DNA from: Bryobacterales bacterium
GTDB lineage: Bacteria; Acidobacteriota; Terriglobia; Bryobacterales; Bryobacteraceae
NCBI GenBank assembly: GCA_039812845.1
Contig: JBDIBK010000003.1
Location: 1,054-65,053, forward strand
Direction of reading: 5' to 3'
Length of the DNA stretch: 64,000 nucleotides
In this document: piece by piece, positions 47,365-56,812 of the stretch
How positions within the stretch are numbered: position 1 is the first letter of the stretch
Layout: each line of letters opens with the position of its first letter
Position numbers and translations under genes: made by a program
Notes under the pieces: generated by a model
Seen by the model: the letters and a program-made list of their open reading frames with translations, nothing else
Told to the model about the DNA's origin: nothing
The model's database searches: none

Positions 47365-48870
47365 TTGCGTTATCAGACCGTCAGCCGTTGCGCGGCGTTG
47401 ATGATATGGGTGTTGGCGGGCGCTTACGCCGGTTTGCCCTTGGCGCACGCGGGCCCCGCCTCGCTGGCTGGCGCTTCCGCTTCCATTGCCATCGGCACCC
47501 GTCCGCTTCTGAATTTGAGCGCTTCCCAAGCGCCGCAGACCGCGGTCTCCACGACGCCCCCGGATAGAGAGAATGAAATTCCCGTTTACCTTCCTGGAGG
47601 AGATGAGGCAGGCCCCACGCTGCCCTCCCAGCGGGGAATCGGAGCGATCCGCTCCGCCGAGGGACTGTTCCGGATCGCCCCGTATCTGGGCATCAATGGC
47701 ATTTACGATACCGGCCTGGCCCCGCTCACCCTGGGAGCGGACGGAGTTTTTCCTTCCCGATCCGCCGCGGGCGTGGACTTGTCCTTCGGGCTAACCGGGA
47801 GCAAGGCATTCCGCCGGACGCTGATGAGTCTGATGTACCGCGGCGGCTACTCCCACTATCCGAAGATCTCGTACCTGTCTAATTCGAACCATCAGGGTGC
47901 CCTGGGGGTGACTCACGCTTTCAGCCGCCGTCTCCAACTCAGTTCGCAGAACACCTTCGGAATCACGAACAACGCCTTCTTTGGGAATTTTGGGTTTGAG
48001 AATTTGGGAAACGCGGGCAATATCGTTCCCGACAATGAGTTCTTCAACTCGCCGGTGCTGTTCCTGCAATCGAACCAGACGCTCAGCTACCAGAGCACAG
48101 CCCGGCTCTCCTTTGCGGTCGGCGGCGGGGGCAGCATGCAGTGGCGCAGGTCGAGCGCCCTGGCCGGGGTGAAGGCCGGCAACCTGCTCGCCAACACGTC
48201 TTACCGGATCTCCGCGAGGCAGACCATCGGCGTCACCTATTTATTCAACCAGTTCTTCTTCACGAACCAGTACGGGAGCTCGAACGTGCATACCATCAAC
48301 GTGGAATACGGAGCCAAGCTGTCCCGCACCGTGGACCTCGCCCTTTCCGCGGGCGGCGCGCGTGTCGAATCCCAGTCCCTCGAGCGCGTGGAAGTGGATC
48401 CGCTGATCGCGGAACTTTTTGGCACGAGCGGCGGAATTGCGGCCGTCTACCGTAACTCGTATTTGCCAACTTTTCAAGGCAGCCTCCGTTACAGCAAGCG
48501 GAACTGGTCCGCCGAGGTGAACGCGGGACGGGCGATCAACTCTGGCAACGGAATTGTGTTAACCAACCGGAACACCACCGCTGGCGCAAGCATTAGTTAC
48601 AACGCCCGCCGCTGGAACGCCGGCGGAGGCGTACACTACAACGAGATGAAGTCGCTTAAGCTGGACTACGGCGATTACAAGAGCAGTTCCGTCGATATTG
48701 GGTTTTCCGTAGTGATGGGACGCGGTTTTTCCTGGATGAATAATTTCTCCGTGCGCCGGTACGGCGGTGACGGTTCCGTCATCTCGAACTCGTTTCTTGA
48801 CCGGAACCAATACCGGGTGTCCACCGGCATTTTTTGGTCCCCGTCCGCGTTCCCGTTGCCCTTGTTCTAA
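47365..48870 (+). CDS. Putative outer-membrane beta-barrel protein
   Basis: Signal peptide. Alternating-polarity strands rich in Y/G/S/N, with C-terminal ...PLPLF (terminal Phe signature). TTG start after GGGGG, with an alternative ATG at 47401. Confidence 0.55.
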   Translation: MRYQTVSRCAALMIWVLAGAYAGLPLAHAGPASLAGASASIAIGTRPLLNLSASQAPQTAVSTTPPDRENEIPVYLPGGDEAGPTLPSQRGIGAIRSAEGLFRIAPYLGINGIYDTGLAPLTLGADGVFPSRSAAGVDLSFGLTGSKAFRRTLMSLMYRGGYSHYPKISYLSNSNHQGALGVTHAFSRRLQLSSQNTFGITNNAFFGNFGFENLGNAGNIVPDNEFFNSPVLFLQSNQTLSYQSTARLSFAVGGGGSMQWRRSSALAGVKAGNLLANTSYRISARQTIGVTYLFNQFFFTNQYGSSNVHTINVEYGAKLSRTVDLALSAGGARVESQSLERVEVDPLIAELFGTSGGIAAVYRNSYLPTFQGSLRYSKRNWSAEVNAGRAINSGNGIVLTNRNTTAGASISYNARRWNAGGGVHYNEMKSLKLDYGDYKSSSVDIGFSVVMGRGFSWMNNFSVRRYGGDGSVISNSFLDRNQYRVSTGIFWSPSAFPLPLF

Positions 48871-48944
48871 GTTCCAAGGGCGGGTGAATCTGCCCCGGAA
48901 GTCGGCCGCGAACGCCGGCGGATTTCCGGCACATCCAGAACGCT

Positions 48945-49325
48945 ATGCTGCCGATTCTCATCGCCGAGGACGACGAACAACTGGGAAGAGCGCTTGAGCT
49001 CTACCTGACCTCTCTCGGCTTCGAGGTCTCGTTGCATCGCGCGGCCGCCTCGGCAAAGAAAGCGGTGCTCACGCATCCCGGAAACTTTGCCTTTGCCGTG
49101 ATCGACTATCAGCTCGGCGTTGACTGTGGGGTCGATCTCGCCAAGTGGATTCTGGCCAGGGAACCGGAGATCCGGCTGGTGTTCATGAGCGGATTCCCTC
49201 CCGGCGAACAGATGGATTTGTCGGCCCTTGGCGACCGAGCCGTCTTTCTCCAGAAGCCGTTTCACCCCAGGGAAGTAATCACCTGCTTCCGCTTCCTCCA
49301 CCCGGTGCGGATGATGAGCGTGTAA
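48945..49325 (+). CDS. Stand-alone receiver-domain response regulator
   Basis: MLPILIAEDDEQ, phospho-acceptor context AVIDYQLG, and FLQKPF. Confidence 0.75.
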   Translation: MLPILIAEDDEQLGRALELYLTSLGFEVSLHRAAASAKKAVLTHPGNFAFAVIDYQLGVDCGVDLAKWILAREPEIRLVFMSGFPPGEQMDLSALGDRAVFLQKPFHPREVITCFRFLHPVRMMSV

Positions 49326-49422
49326 GGCGAACGCGTCCCTGCATTCCTTCCGCCGCTTCGATCGCGAGCGGCCACAAGCGGCAACCCGGACGGGGAGCGA
49401 GCCGTACAATTGGTGTATCTTT

Positions 49423-50865
49423 ATGGCAAAACTCCCCTTCGCGTGTCTGCTGGCCTTCTGTCTCCCGGTCCTGCATCTCCCTCTCTTTGCGCAGACCGCA
49501 CCGGGAACGGCCCCGTCCGTGGCCCGGCGGCCCGCCCCCGTGAAGCCCGCGGCCGCGCCCGCGCCGGAGGTGAACATCCCCAAAGTGCACGCGGAGAAAT
49601 CGGGCAACACCATTGACCCCGCAACGCGCCTCCCTCTGCTGAGCGTGCGCGTCGAAGGCAGCCACCGGTTGGATGCCGCGAAGGTGACCGCGCTGAGCGG
49701 CTTGCGGGTTGGCACTTCCGTGAACCGGGATTCCTTCGCCGCGGCGCACAAGGCCCTCATGGACACCGGCCTGTTTGAGAGCGTCGCCTACCGCTTTGAA
49801 AAGCCCGCCGCGAAGCACGGCTATATCGCCACTTTTGAGGTCCAGGAAACGAAGCTCTTCTACCCCATCCGCTTCGAGGAGATCCCCGCGGAACGGGACG
49901 ACTTGCTCGCACACCTCAAAGGGGCGGACCCGGCATTTGACGGCGAATCGGCCGCCACCGAACCCGCCCTGCGGCGCTACAGCCAGATGATTGAGGAGTA
50001 CCTGGCCGCAAACGGCAAGGCGATGAAAGTGCGCGGGCAGGTGTGGGCGGAGCAGGGCGGCGACCTTTCCGTGATGTACCGCCCGGATACGCCCGTGCCC
50101 TCCATTTCCGATGTGCGTTTTGAAGGCTCGGTCAAAATCGACCCGCTGGAATTGCGGCGCATCCTCATTCAGACCGCAACGGGGCTGCTCTTCACCGAAG
50201 AGCGCTTCCGCACCGTGCTCAACAACGAGATCGTTCCCGCCTACTGGGCGGTTGGACGCCTGGGCGTTACGTTTCCAAAGATTGAAGCCGTGCCGCTGGC
50301 CGAGGAGAAGGGTGTCCGCGTCCAGGTGACGGTGGACGAAGGCCCGGAATTTGTGCTGAATGCCGCGCACGTGGATTCCCACGTGTTCCCGGAAGCGGAG
50401 TTATTGAAGCTGGGCAAGTTCCCCATCGGAGAGCCGGCCCTGATGAAGACCGTCGCCGACGGCGTCAAGGAGATCCTCAATCGCTACAAGAAGCAGGGCT
50501 ACATCAAGGCAGATGCCAAGTTCGACCCCAAGCTTGATTTTCAGGCGAAGACGGCGGACGTTACCGTGGTGATCGGCGAAGGCCCGCAGTATCTGTTCCA
50601 GGAGCTGAAAATCGAGGGCCTGGATCTGGTTGCGGAAGCGGGAATCCGGAAACTCTGGGCCATGGAACCGGGCAAACCCTTCAACTCGCTGTACCCCGAC
50701 TTCTTCCTGGACCAGGTTCGGGAACGGCAATTGTTTGACTCGCTTGGTTCAAGCAAAGCCCGAGTGGATCTCGACGACGAGAAGCACCTCGCCACCGTTA
50801 CGCTGAGCTTCAAACCGGAAGACAAGACGCCGCCGCCCAGGGTGCCGCTCGTGCGCCCGCAATAG
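49423..50865 (+). CDS. Secreted POTRA-repeat protein without a beta-barrel domain
   Basis: Signal peptide. Repeated POTRA-like units (LLSVRVEGSHRLDAAKVTALSGLRVGTSV...ALMDTGLFESVAYRFE; VTVDEGPEF; VVIGEGPQYLFQELKIEGLD). Ends after 480 aa with a Pro-rich tail. Confidence 0.6.
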   Translation: MAKLPFACLLAFCLPVLHLPLFAQTAPGTAPSVARRPAPVKPAAAPAPEVNIPKVHAEKSGNTIDPATRLPLLSVRVEGSHRLDAAKVTALSGLRVGTSVNRDSFAAAHKALMDTGLFESVAYRFEKPAAKHGYIATFEVQETKLFYPIRFEEIPAERDDLLAHLKGADPAFDGESAATEPALRRYSQMIEEYLAANGKAMKVRGQVWAEQGGDLSVMYRPDTPVPSISDVRFEGSVKIDPLELRRILIQTATGLLFTEERFRTVLNNEIVPAYWAVGRLGVTFPKIEAVPLAEEKGVRVQVTVDEGPEFVLNAAHVDSHVFPEAELLKLGKFPIGEPALMKTVADGVKEILNRYKKQGYIKADAKFDPKLDFQAKTADVTVVIGEGPQYLFQELKIEGLDLVAEAGIRKLWAMEPGKPFNSLYPDFFLDQVRERQLFDSLGSSKARVDLDDEKHLATVTLSFKPEDKTPPPRVPLVRPQ

Positions 50866-50979
50866 GCGCGGAAGGCTGGATTCTCCATTCCGCGAGCGCC
50901 GCCGCGCCGATGCGGTTGTATTCTGGTTCTTCAGGATGCCACCGGCCGCATCCGCCCTTCGTTCCGGGAATTGCTAGCC

Positions 50980-53169
50980 ATGACAAGACTGCGAAATTTT
51001 CTTCCCCTTGCCCTCCTCTGCACGGTACTCGGTTTGCTGGGTGCCGCCTTCCTTCCCGCCCAGAACGCGCCGATGCGCGGGTTCCCGGCCGGCGCGGTTG
51101 CCCCGGAGCGCGCCCTCGAGGAGAAAGCGCGGCGGCTGGCCAGCGCGGCGAAGGTGAAGGAATACATGCACGCCATGGCGGCCGAGCCTCACCTTGCGGG
51201 CACCGCCGCGTCGCGCAAGGTGGCGGAATATATCGTGGAGAACTTGCGCCGCTGGGGCTGGAAGGCGGAGCTGGAGCGCTTCGATGTGCTGCTGCCGTTC
51301 CCCAAAGAGCGCCATCTGGAAATGCTGTCTCCCAAGCCCTACGTGGCTTCCATCTCCGAACCGGCGATCGACCAGGATAGCGACACGGACGATGCCAACC
51401 AGTTGGCAACCTTCAACGCCTACGGCGGCAATGGCGACGTCACCGCGCCGCTCGTTTACGTGAACTACGGCACGCCGGAAGATTACGCATCGCTCCAGGC
51501 GATGGGCGTTTCGCTCAAGGGGAAAATCGTGATCGCCCGCTATGGGCAATGCTGGCGCGGCATCAAGGCGAAACTGGCGCAGGAGCATGGCGCTCTCGGC
51601 TGCCTCATCTATTCCGACCCCGCCGACGACGGCTACGGAAAGGGCGCCACCTACCCCGAGGGTCCGTACCGCCCTCCACAAGGGGTGCAGCGCGGAAGCG
51701 TGATGGATATGCCGATCTACCCCGGCGACCCAACCACGCCATTCGTCGCAAGCGTGCCCGGCGTGGAACGGCTGAGCGTGCAAGCGGCCCCCACGATTCT
51801 GAAGATACCGGTGCTGCCGATTTCCCACCACGACGCGCGCCCGCTGCTGGAAGCGCTCCACGGCAGGGAAGCGCCAAGAGGGTGGCAGGGAGGGCTTCGC
51901 TTCACTTACCGGCTCGGCGCGCCGGAAGGGGAACACGCGGTCCGGGTGCGCTTGCAGGTCGAAAACGACTTCGCCATTCGGCCGATCTATAACGTCATCG
52001 CCACAATGGCCGGGAATGATTTCCCCGACGAATGGGTGCTCTACGGCAATCACCATGACGCCTGGGTGAACGGGGCGAACGACCCCGTGAGCGGCAGCGC
52101 GGTTGTCCTCGAAACCGCGCGCGTGCTGGGGGAATTGCGCCGCGGCGGCTGGCAGCCCTCGCGCACGATCAAGCTCGCATTCTGGGACGGTGAGGAATTC
52201 GGGATCATCGGCAGCACGGAGTGGGTGGAAAAGCACGGCCCCGAACTCCAGCGCAAGCTGGTTGCCTATTTCAACTCCGATTCGAACGGCCGCGGGCAGA
52301 TCCGCGCCGCCGGATCTCATCATCTGGCGCCCTTTCTGCGCGAGGTGCTCGCCGATGTGCCGGACCCCTCGGGCGGCCGTTCGGTGCTGGAGGCCCGGAT
52401 TCAGGCCCAGAGCCAAACCGATGGAGAATCGCGGCCCTTCACCGTGGAAGCGGCGGGCTCGGGCTCGGACTACGCACCGTTCCTGCATCACATCATGATG
52501 CCTTCCTTGAATCTCGGGTTCAGCGGCGGATGCCCAGGGGCGGGCGTCTACCACTCGGTCTACGACACGCTCGCCTGGTATGAGAAGTTCTGTGACCCCG
52601 GTCATCTTTACGGAAAGGCGTTTAGCGACGTAATGCTCACGGCGCTGCTGCGGATCTCCGCCGCGCCGCTTCTCCCTTATGACTTTGAAGAGCTTTCCAC
52701 AACGGTGAAAGGCTACCGCGCCGGCATCGCCAAACTGGCGAGAGAGAGCCGCGTGTCGCTCGACTTCGAACGCTTTGACCGGGCGGTGGACGGTCTTGCG
52801 CGCGAAAGCGTGGAATGGAATGCCTGGTCACGGCGTCACCTCAACGATCTGGCCGCGGACCGCGCCAGCCAGGCCGCTCTGAATAAGCACCTGATCGCGG
52901 CCGAACGGCAACTGGCGCTGGCGAAGGGCTTGCCCGGCCGTCCCTGGTACCGGCATCCAATCTATGCTCCCGGGCTCTACACCGGATACGGGGTGAAGAC
53001 GCTGCCGGGCATTCGCGAATCCCTGGAGCGGCGGCAGCCGCAACTGGCGCGCGAGCAGCTTGTGCTTGCCGCGGAGGCGATCGAACGGCTCACTGCGCAT
53101 CTGCGGGTTCTGCGGACCGAGGCGGAGTCCCGGCGGACGAACGGGCCGGGGCAGGCGCCCGGGAACTGA
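50980..53169 (+). CDS. M28-family peptidase, glutamate carboxypeptidase II / transferrin-receptor-like (PA + M28 + TFR dimer domains)
   Basis: Signal peptide. HLAGTAASRKVAEYI, PA-domain region GKIVIARYG, zinc ligands context YGNHHDAWVNGANDPVSG...FWDGEEFGIIGSTEW, and C-terminal helical dimerisation-like domain. Confidence 0.85.
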   Translation: MTRLRNFLPLALLCTVLGLLGAAFLPAQNAPMRGFPAGAVAPERALEEKARRLASAAKVKEYMHAMAAEPHLAGTAASRKVAEYIVENLRRWGWKAELERFDVLLPFPKERHLEMLSPKPYVASISEPAIDQDSDTDDANQLATFNAYGGNGDVTAPLVYVNYGTPEDYASLQAMGVSLKGKIVIARYGQCWRGIKAKLAQEHGALGCLIYSDPADDGYGKGATYPEGPYRPPQGVQRGSVMDMPIYPGDPTTPFVASVPGVERLSVQAAPTILKIPVLPISHHDARPLLEALHGREAPRGWQGGLRFTYRLGAPEGEHAVRVRLQVENDFAIRPIYNVIATMAGNDFPDEWVLYGNHHDAWVNGANDPVSGSAVVLETARVLGELRRGGWQPSRTIKLAFWDGEEFGIIGSTEWVEKHGPELQRKLVAYFNSDSNGRGQIRAAGSHHLAPFLREVLADVPDPSGGRSVLEARIQAQSQTDGESRPFTVEAAGSGSDYAPFLHHIMMPSLNLGFSGGCPGAGVYHSVYDTLAWYEKFCDPGHLYGKAFSDVMLTALLRISAAPLLPYDFEELSTTVKGYRAGIAKLARESRVSLDFERFDRAVDGLARESVEWNAWSRRHLNDLAADRASQAALNKHLIAAERQLALAKGLPGRPWYRHPIYAPGLYTGYGVKTLPGIRESLERRQPQLAREQLVLAAEAIERLTAHLRVLRTEAESRRTNGPGQAPGN

Positions 53170-53611
53170 GCGCCAGCCGGCGCTGGGTGAGCCGGCCCAG
53201 GTAGCTTTCCGTGGCATCCGCCTCTTCCTGCCGGTTGACGTCCTTGAGCCATTCCGCATAGCGCTTTTCGCGCAGCCGTGCCACGAGTTCGTAGTTGCGG
53301 CGCGCATCGAGAAAGGCCCGTTGCTGTTCGACGATCTTTGCGTGCAGGCTAGCCAGTTGGGTTGCGATCTCGCGGACCGCTTCGCGGGAACTGGCATGCG
53401 CAAGGCGAAACTCGGCCACACTCTCGCTGGAAACCCAGACGGCACCCGCAAGCTGATTCACTGCCTCCTCCATGGACGTCTCCACCCGCCGCCGTTCCGA
53501 TTCGAGGTGCGCCCGGTTCGCGATGAGCGATTCCAGAATTGCCGCCTCCGCCTCCCATTGGCGCTTGCGAAACGCCAGCACTTTCTCTAGCGGGAATTGA
53601 AACGACTTCAT
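53090..53611 (-). CDS. fliJ: Flagellar export chaperone FliJ
   Basis: MKSFQFPLEKVLAFRKRQWEAEA is a typical FliJ N-terminus. Coiled coil. Position after fliI. The last roughly 26 aa are low-complexity and overlap the converging M28 gene. Confidence 0.65.
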   Translation of the reverse strand: MKSFQFPLEKVLAFRKRQWEAEAAILESLIANRAHLESERRRVETSMEEAVNQLAGAVWVSSESVAEFRLAHASSREAVREIATQLASLHAKIVEQQRAFLDARRNYELVARLREKRYAEWLKDVNRQEEADATESYLGRLTQRRLALSSRAPAPARSSAGTPPRSAEPADAQ

Positions 53612-53614
53612 CGC

Positions 53615-55030
53615 CTATCCTCTTTCGAGCAGCGCGGCGAGCCTCCCGAGGCCGTTCAGCGTCTCCTCGCGCGGGGACGCCACATCCGGCTCCTGGCACA
53701 GGAAGCGCTCAATCTCCGGCTTCACCGCCAGCACGGTGTCGAGCTTTGGGTTGGCGCCTTTGCTGTAGGCCCCGAGGTTGATCAGATCCTGCGCCTGCTC
53801 GTAGCGGGAAAGCGATTCTCGCAAGGCGCGGGCATGCTGCAGCTGTGGGCGCTCGCTGATCTGCGAGGAGAGCCGGCTTACGGAGCGAAGCACGTCGATG
53901 GCCGGATAGTGGCCAGCCGACCCAAGGTCGCGCGAGAGCACCACGTGCCCGTCGAGAATGGCCCGAACGGCGTCGCAGATGGGCTCATTGAAGTCGTCGC
54001 CTTCCACAAGCACCGTGAAGAAGCCGGTAATAGAGCCTCGCGGGAAATTGCCCGCGCGTTCAAACACTTTGGGCAGCAGATTGAACACCGAAGGGGTATA
54101 CCCTTTCTGGCTGGGCGGTTCTCCGGCGGCAAGGCCGATCTCGCGCTGCGCCATCGCGAGGCGGGTAACCGAATCCATCACCATCAGCACATTCGCGCCC
54201 TGGTCCCGAAAGTATTCCGCCACCGCCATCGCCACAAAGCAGGCCCGCACACGGAGCGGCGCGGGACGGTCGGAAGTCGCCACCACCACGACGGACCGCC
54301 TCAGACCGTCCGGGCCAAGATCGTTCTCGATGAACTCGCGCACCTCCCGGTTGCGCTCACCGATGAGGGCGATCACGGAGACGTCGGCCGCGTTGTGCCG
54401 CGCCATGGCCCCAAGCAGCGTGCTCTTGCCAACCCCGGATCCGCCGAAGATCCCGATCCGCTGGCCTTGCCCGCATGGGAGCAAGCCATCGATCACCCGA
54501 ATGCCGGTGGCCAGAGGCTTCCGGATATTCTCCCGGTCAAGCGGGTTCGAGGGTTGGCGGTAGAGATCGTAAAGCTGGCGCGATCCATGAGAAAACTCGG
54601 GCGGCGCGGCCCCGCCCCGTTTGTGCGGTGCGCTTTCCGGTTCCCCGCGCGGCGTCGCGGGAAAGTCTCCTCCGCCCGGAATGTCCAGAAAATTTCCAAA
54701 GCCGTCGAGCACCCGGCCGAGCAGATGCGGCCCCACTTCGACGCGCGCCGCCTCCGGCCTTGCCACGACGGTGTCTCCCAGGTGAATGCCGTCGGTCTCT
54801 TCAAGCGGGATGGAGAGCACCCGCTGGTCGCGGAAGCCCACGACCTGTACCCGGATTCGGCGTCCCGTGGCGGTCTCCACTTCACAGAAATCGCCCAGGG
54901 CGGCCATCGGGCCGATCGATTCGATCAGCAAGCCAACCGCCTGTGTCACCGTTCCCGTCCAGCGGCTGAACTGGCGGCTGGCGAGAAAGCTCTGGCCGGC
55001 GTTCGCTTCAAATAGCCGGGAGCGAATCAT
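53615..55030 (-). CDS. fliI: Flagellum-specific ATP synthase FliI
   Basis: Start at MIRSRL (ATGA overlap with the fliH stop). Walker A GIFGGSGVGKSTLLG and Walker B VLMVMDSVTR. T3SS ATPase C-terminus. Confidence 0.9.
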   Translation of the reverse strand: MIRSRLFEANAGQSFLASRQFSRWTGTVTQAVGLLIESIGPMAALGDFCEVETATGRRIRVQVVGFRDQRVLSIPLEETDGIHLGDTVVARPEAARVEVGPHLLGRVLDGFGNFLDIPGGGDFPATPRGEPESAPHKRGGAAPPEFSHGSRQLYDLYRQPSNPLDRENIRKPLATGIRVIDGLLPCGQGQRIGIFGGSGVGKSTLLGAMARHNAADVSVIALIGERNREVREFIENDLGPDGLRRSVVVVATSDRPAPLRVRACFVAMAVAEYFRDQGANVLMVMDSVTRLAMAQREIGLAAGEPPSQKGYTPSVFNLLPKVFERAGNFPRGSITGFFTVLVEGDDFNEPICDAVRAILDGHVVLSRDLGSAGHYPAIDVLRSVSRLSSQISERPQLQHARALRESLSRYEQAQDLINLGAYSKGANPKLDTVLAVKPEIERFLCQEPDVASPREETLNGLGRLAALLERG

Positions 55031-55746
55031 GGAGCGCTCCTTCGAAGCCGGTCCACCAGCCCGCACTCAATCTCTTCCAACTGGGTGGCGATCGAGCCAT
55101 CCAGCGTCCCGTAGTCGGTATCGAACAGCAGCGCGCCCCGTGCCAGCGACGCATCCGCTTCCACACGAATGGCCCGTTTGGAAGAGTGAGTCGCCAGCGC
55201 TTCCTCCACCGCGCCGCGATCGGCCGGATGAATGCGCACGCACTGCACCGTTTTTCCGGCGAGCCGTTGCAGCGCGGACCGGGTGAGGCCCTGGAGCGCC
55301 TCCGGGTCGATCTGAATTTGGCGGTTAAGAATCTTCTCGGCGATCGCGATTGAGAGCCTGGCCAGATCGGCATCCGCCGTTTCCAGCAATTCGCGCCGCG
55401 CCGCCTCCGCCGCGCGAAGGGTCTCGGCAATCTGGTTCCGGAAACGGTCCATCTCTCCCTGGTTCTCCGCGATCCCCTTTCGAAAACCCGCATCGAAGCC
55501 GGACTGGTACGATGCGCCGATGTTTGATTCGGCTTCTGCTCGCGCACGCTGCAGTTCGGCCTGAGCGGCAGCCAGTTCCCGCGAAAACTCAGCCTGCGGC
55601 GCGTCCTCCGCGCTGCGAACCGGCGCGGTGCCGCGTGTTCCGCCGCCGTCCGCCGCCCCGGCCAGGGCCATCCAGCCCGAAGCGTCTCCCGGATGCGCCG
55701 TTTCGCGCACGATTCCCGCGGGCAACAGCCTAGCTGACATACTCAT
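55027..55746 (-). CDS. fliH: Flagellar assembly protein FliH
   Basis: FliH/YscL-like region LSIAIAEKILNRQIQIDPEAL...GALLFDTDYGTLDGSIATQLEEI. The start overlaps the fliG stop. Confidence 0.75.
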   Translation of the reverse strand: MSMSARLLPAGIVRETAHPGDASGWMALAGAADGGGTRGTAPVRSAEDAPQAEFSRELAAAQAELQRARAEAESNIGASYQSGFDAGFRKGIAENQGEMDRFRNQIAETLRAAEAARRELLETADADLARLSIAIAEKILNRQIQIDPEALQGLTRSALQRLAGKTVQCVRIHPADRGAVEEALATHSSKRAIRVEADASLARGALLFDTDYGTLDGSIATQLEEIECGLVDRLRRSAP

Positions 55747-56812
55747 CTCCGCCCGTGCCGCCAAGGTTGATCGCGCCCTCCGTCTCCAGTTGCCGGACCA
55801 CTTCGATAATCTGCTGCTGCGCTTCGTCGACGTCGCGGATCTTCACCGGGCCCAGCGCATCCATGTCCTCGCGCAGCATATCAGCGGCGCGCCCGGACAT
55901 CACTTTGATGAAGTGCTGCCGGAGCACCTCGCTCGTGCCTTTGAGGGCGACGGTCAGCAGCTTGCGGTCCACCCTGGACAGGATCTCCCGGATCGCGTTG
56001 GCGTCGAGCTTGATGATGTCCTCGAAGACAAACATCAGGTGCCGGATGCTCTTGCCCAGCGTCTCGTCGTTGCTCTCGATCTGTTCGAGGATCTCCTTCG
56101 TGGAGTTGGCGTCCAGCCGGTTGAACAGTTCCGCGACCGCCTGTATGCCCCCGTAAGATTCCCGGCTGTATTCCCCCAGTTCCTGAATCTTCTGGCCGAT
56201 GATGGCAGCGATGCGGGAAACGATCTCGGGCGAAATGCGGTCGAGATTGGCCATGCGGGTGGCGATATCGGCATGGCACTCCGGCGGCAGCGACGTAAGC
56301 AGCGCCGCCGCCTGCGTTGTGTTCAGGTGCGAGAGGATCAGGGCAATCGTCTGCGGATGTTCATTCTGAATGAACTTGGCAAGCTGCTGCGGGTCCGCTT
56401 TCTGCAGCGGATCGAAGGTGGCGGCATCCTCGCCGATCGTCTGCGCCAGCCGCTCGAGAATGCGCCGCGCCGGCTCATTTCCGAAGGCGCCCACGAGCAT
56501 CTTCCGCGCGTAATCCATGCCGCCCTTCACCACGTACTCGCGGGCGACGGTCATCTGATAGAACTCTTCGAGAATGTCGTCCGCGTTCTGGGACGTGATA
56601 GTCGAGGATCGCGCAATTTCCTTGGAGATGGTTTGCACCTCATCCTCACTCAGATGCCGCACGATCTCCGCACCGGCCTTCTCGCCAAGAATCACCAGAA
56701 GCATGGCGGCCTTGCGCGCGCCGCTGAACTTGTCGGTGCTGCGCTTCTTCGCTCCGGTTTCCGGCGGAGGCAGTACCGCCAGTTCCGTGCCGGTCTCGGG
56801 CGCGGCGCTCAT
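55730..56812 (-). CDS. fliG: Flagellar motor switch protein FliG
   Basis: ATG overlaps the fliF stop (ATGA), with GGAGGA upstream. GARKAAMLLVILGEKAGAEIVRHLSEDEV and MFVFEDI motifs. Confidence 0.9.
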   Translation of the reverse strand: MSAAPETGTELAVLPPPETGAKKRSTDKFSGARKAAMLLVILGEKAGAEIVRHLSEDEVQTISKEIARSSTITSQNADDILEEFYQMTVAREYVVKGGMDYARKMLVGAFGNEPARRILERLAQTIGEDAATFDPLQKADPQQLAKFIQNEHPQTIALILSHLNTTQAAALLTSLPPECHADIATRMANLDRISPEIVSRIAAIIGQKIQELGEYSRESYGGIQAVAELFNRLDANSTKEILEQIESNDETLGKSIRHLMFVFEDIIKLDANAIREILSRVDRKLLTVALKGTSEVLRQHFIKVMSGRAADMLREDMDALGPVKIRDVDEAQQQIIEVVRQLETEGAINLGGTGGDEYVS

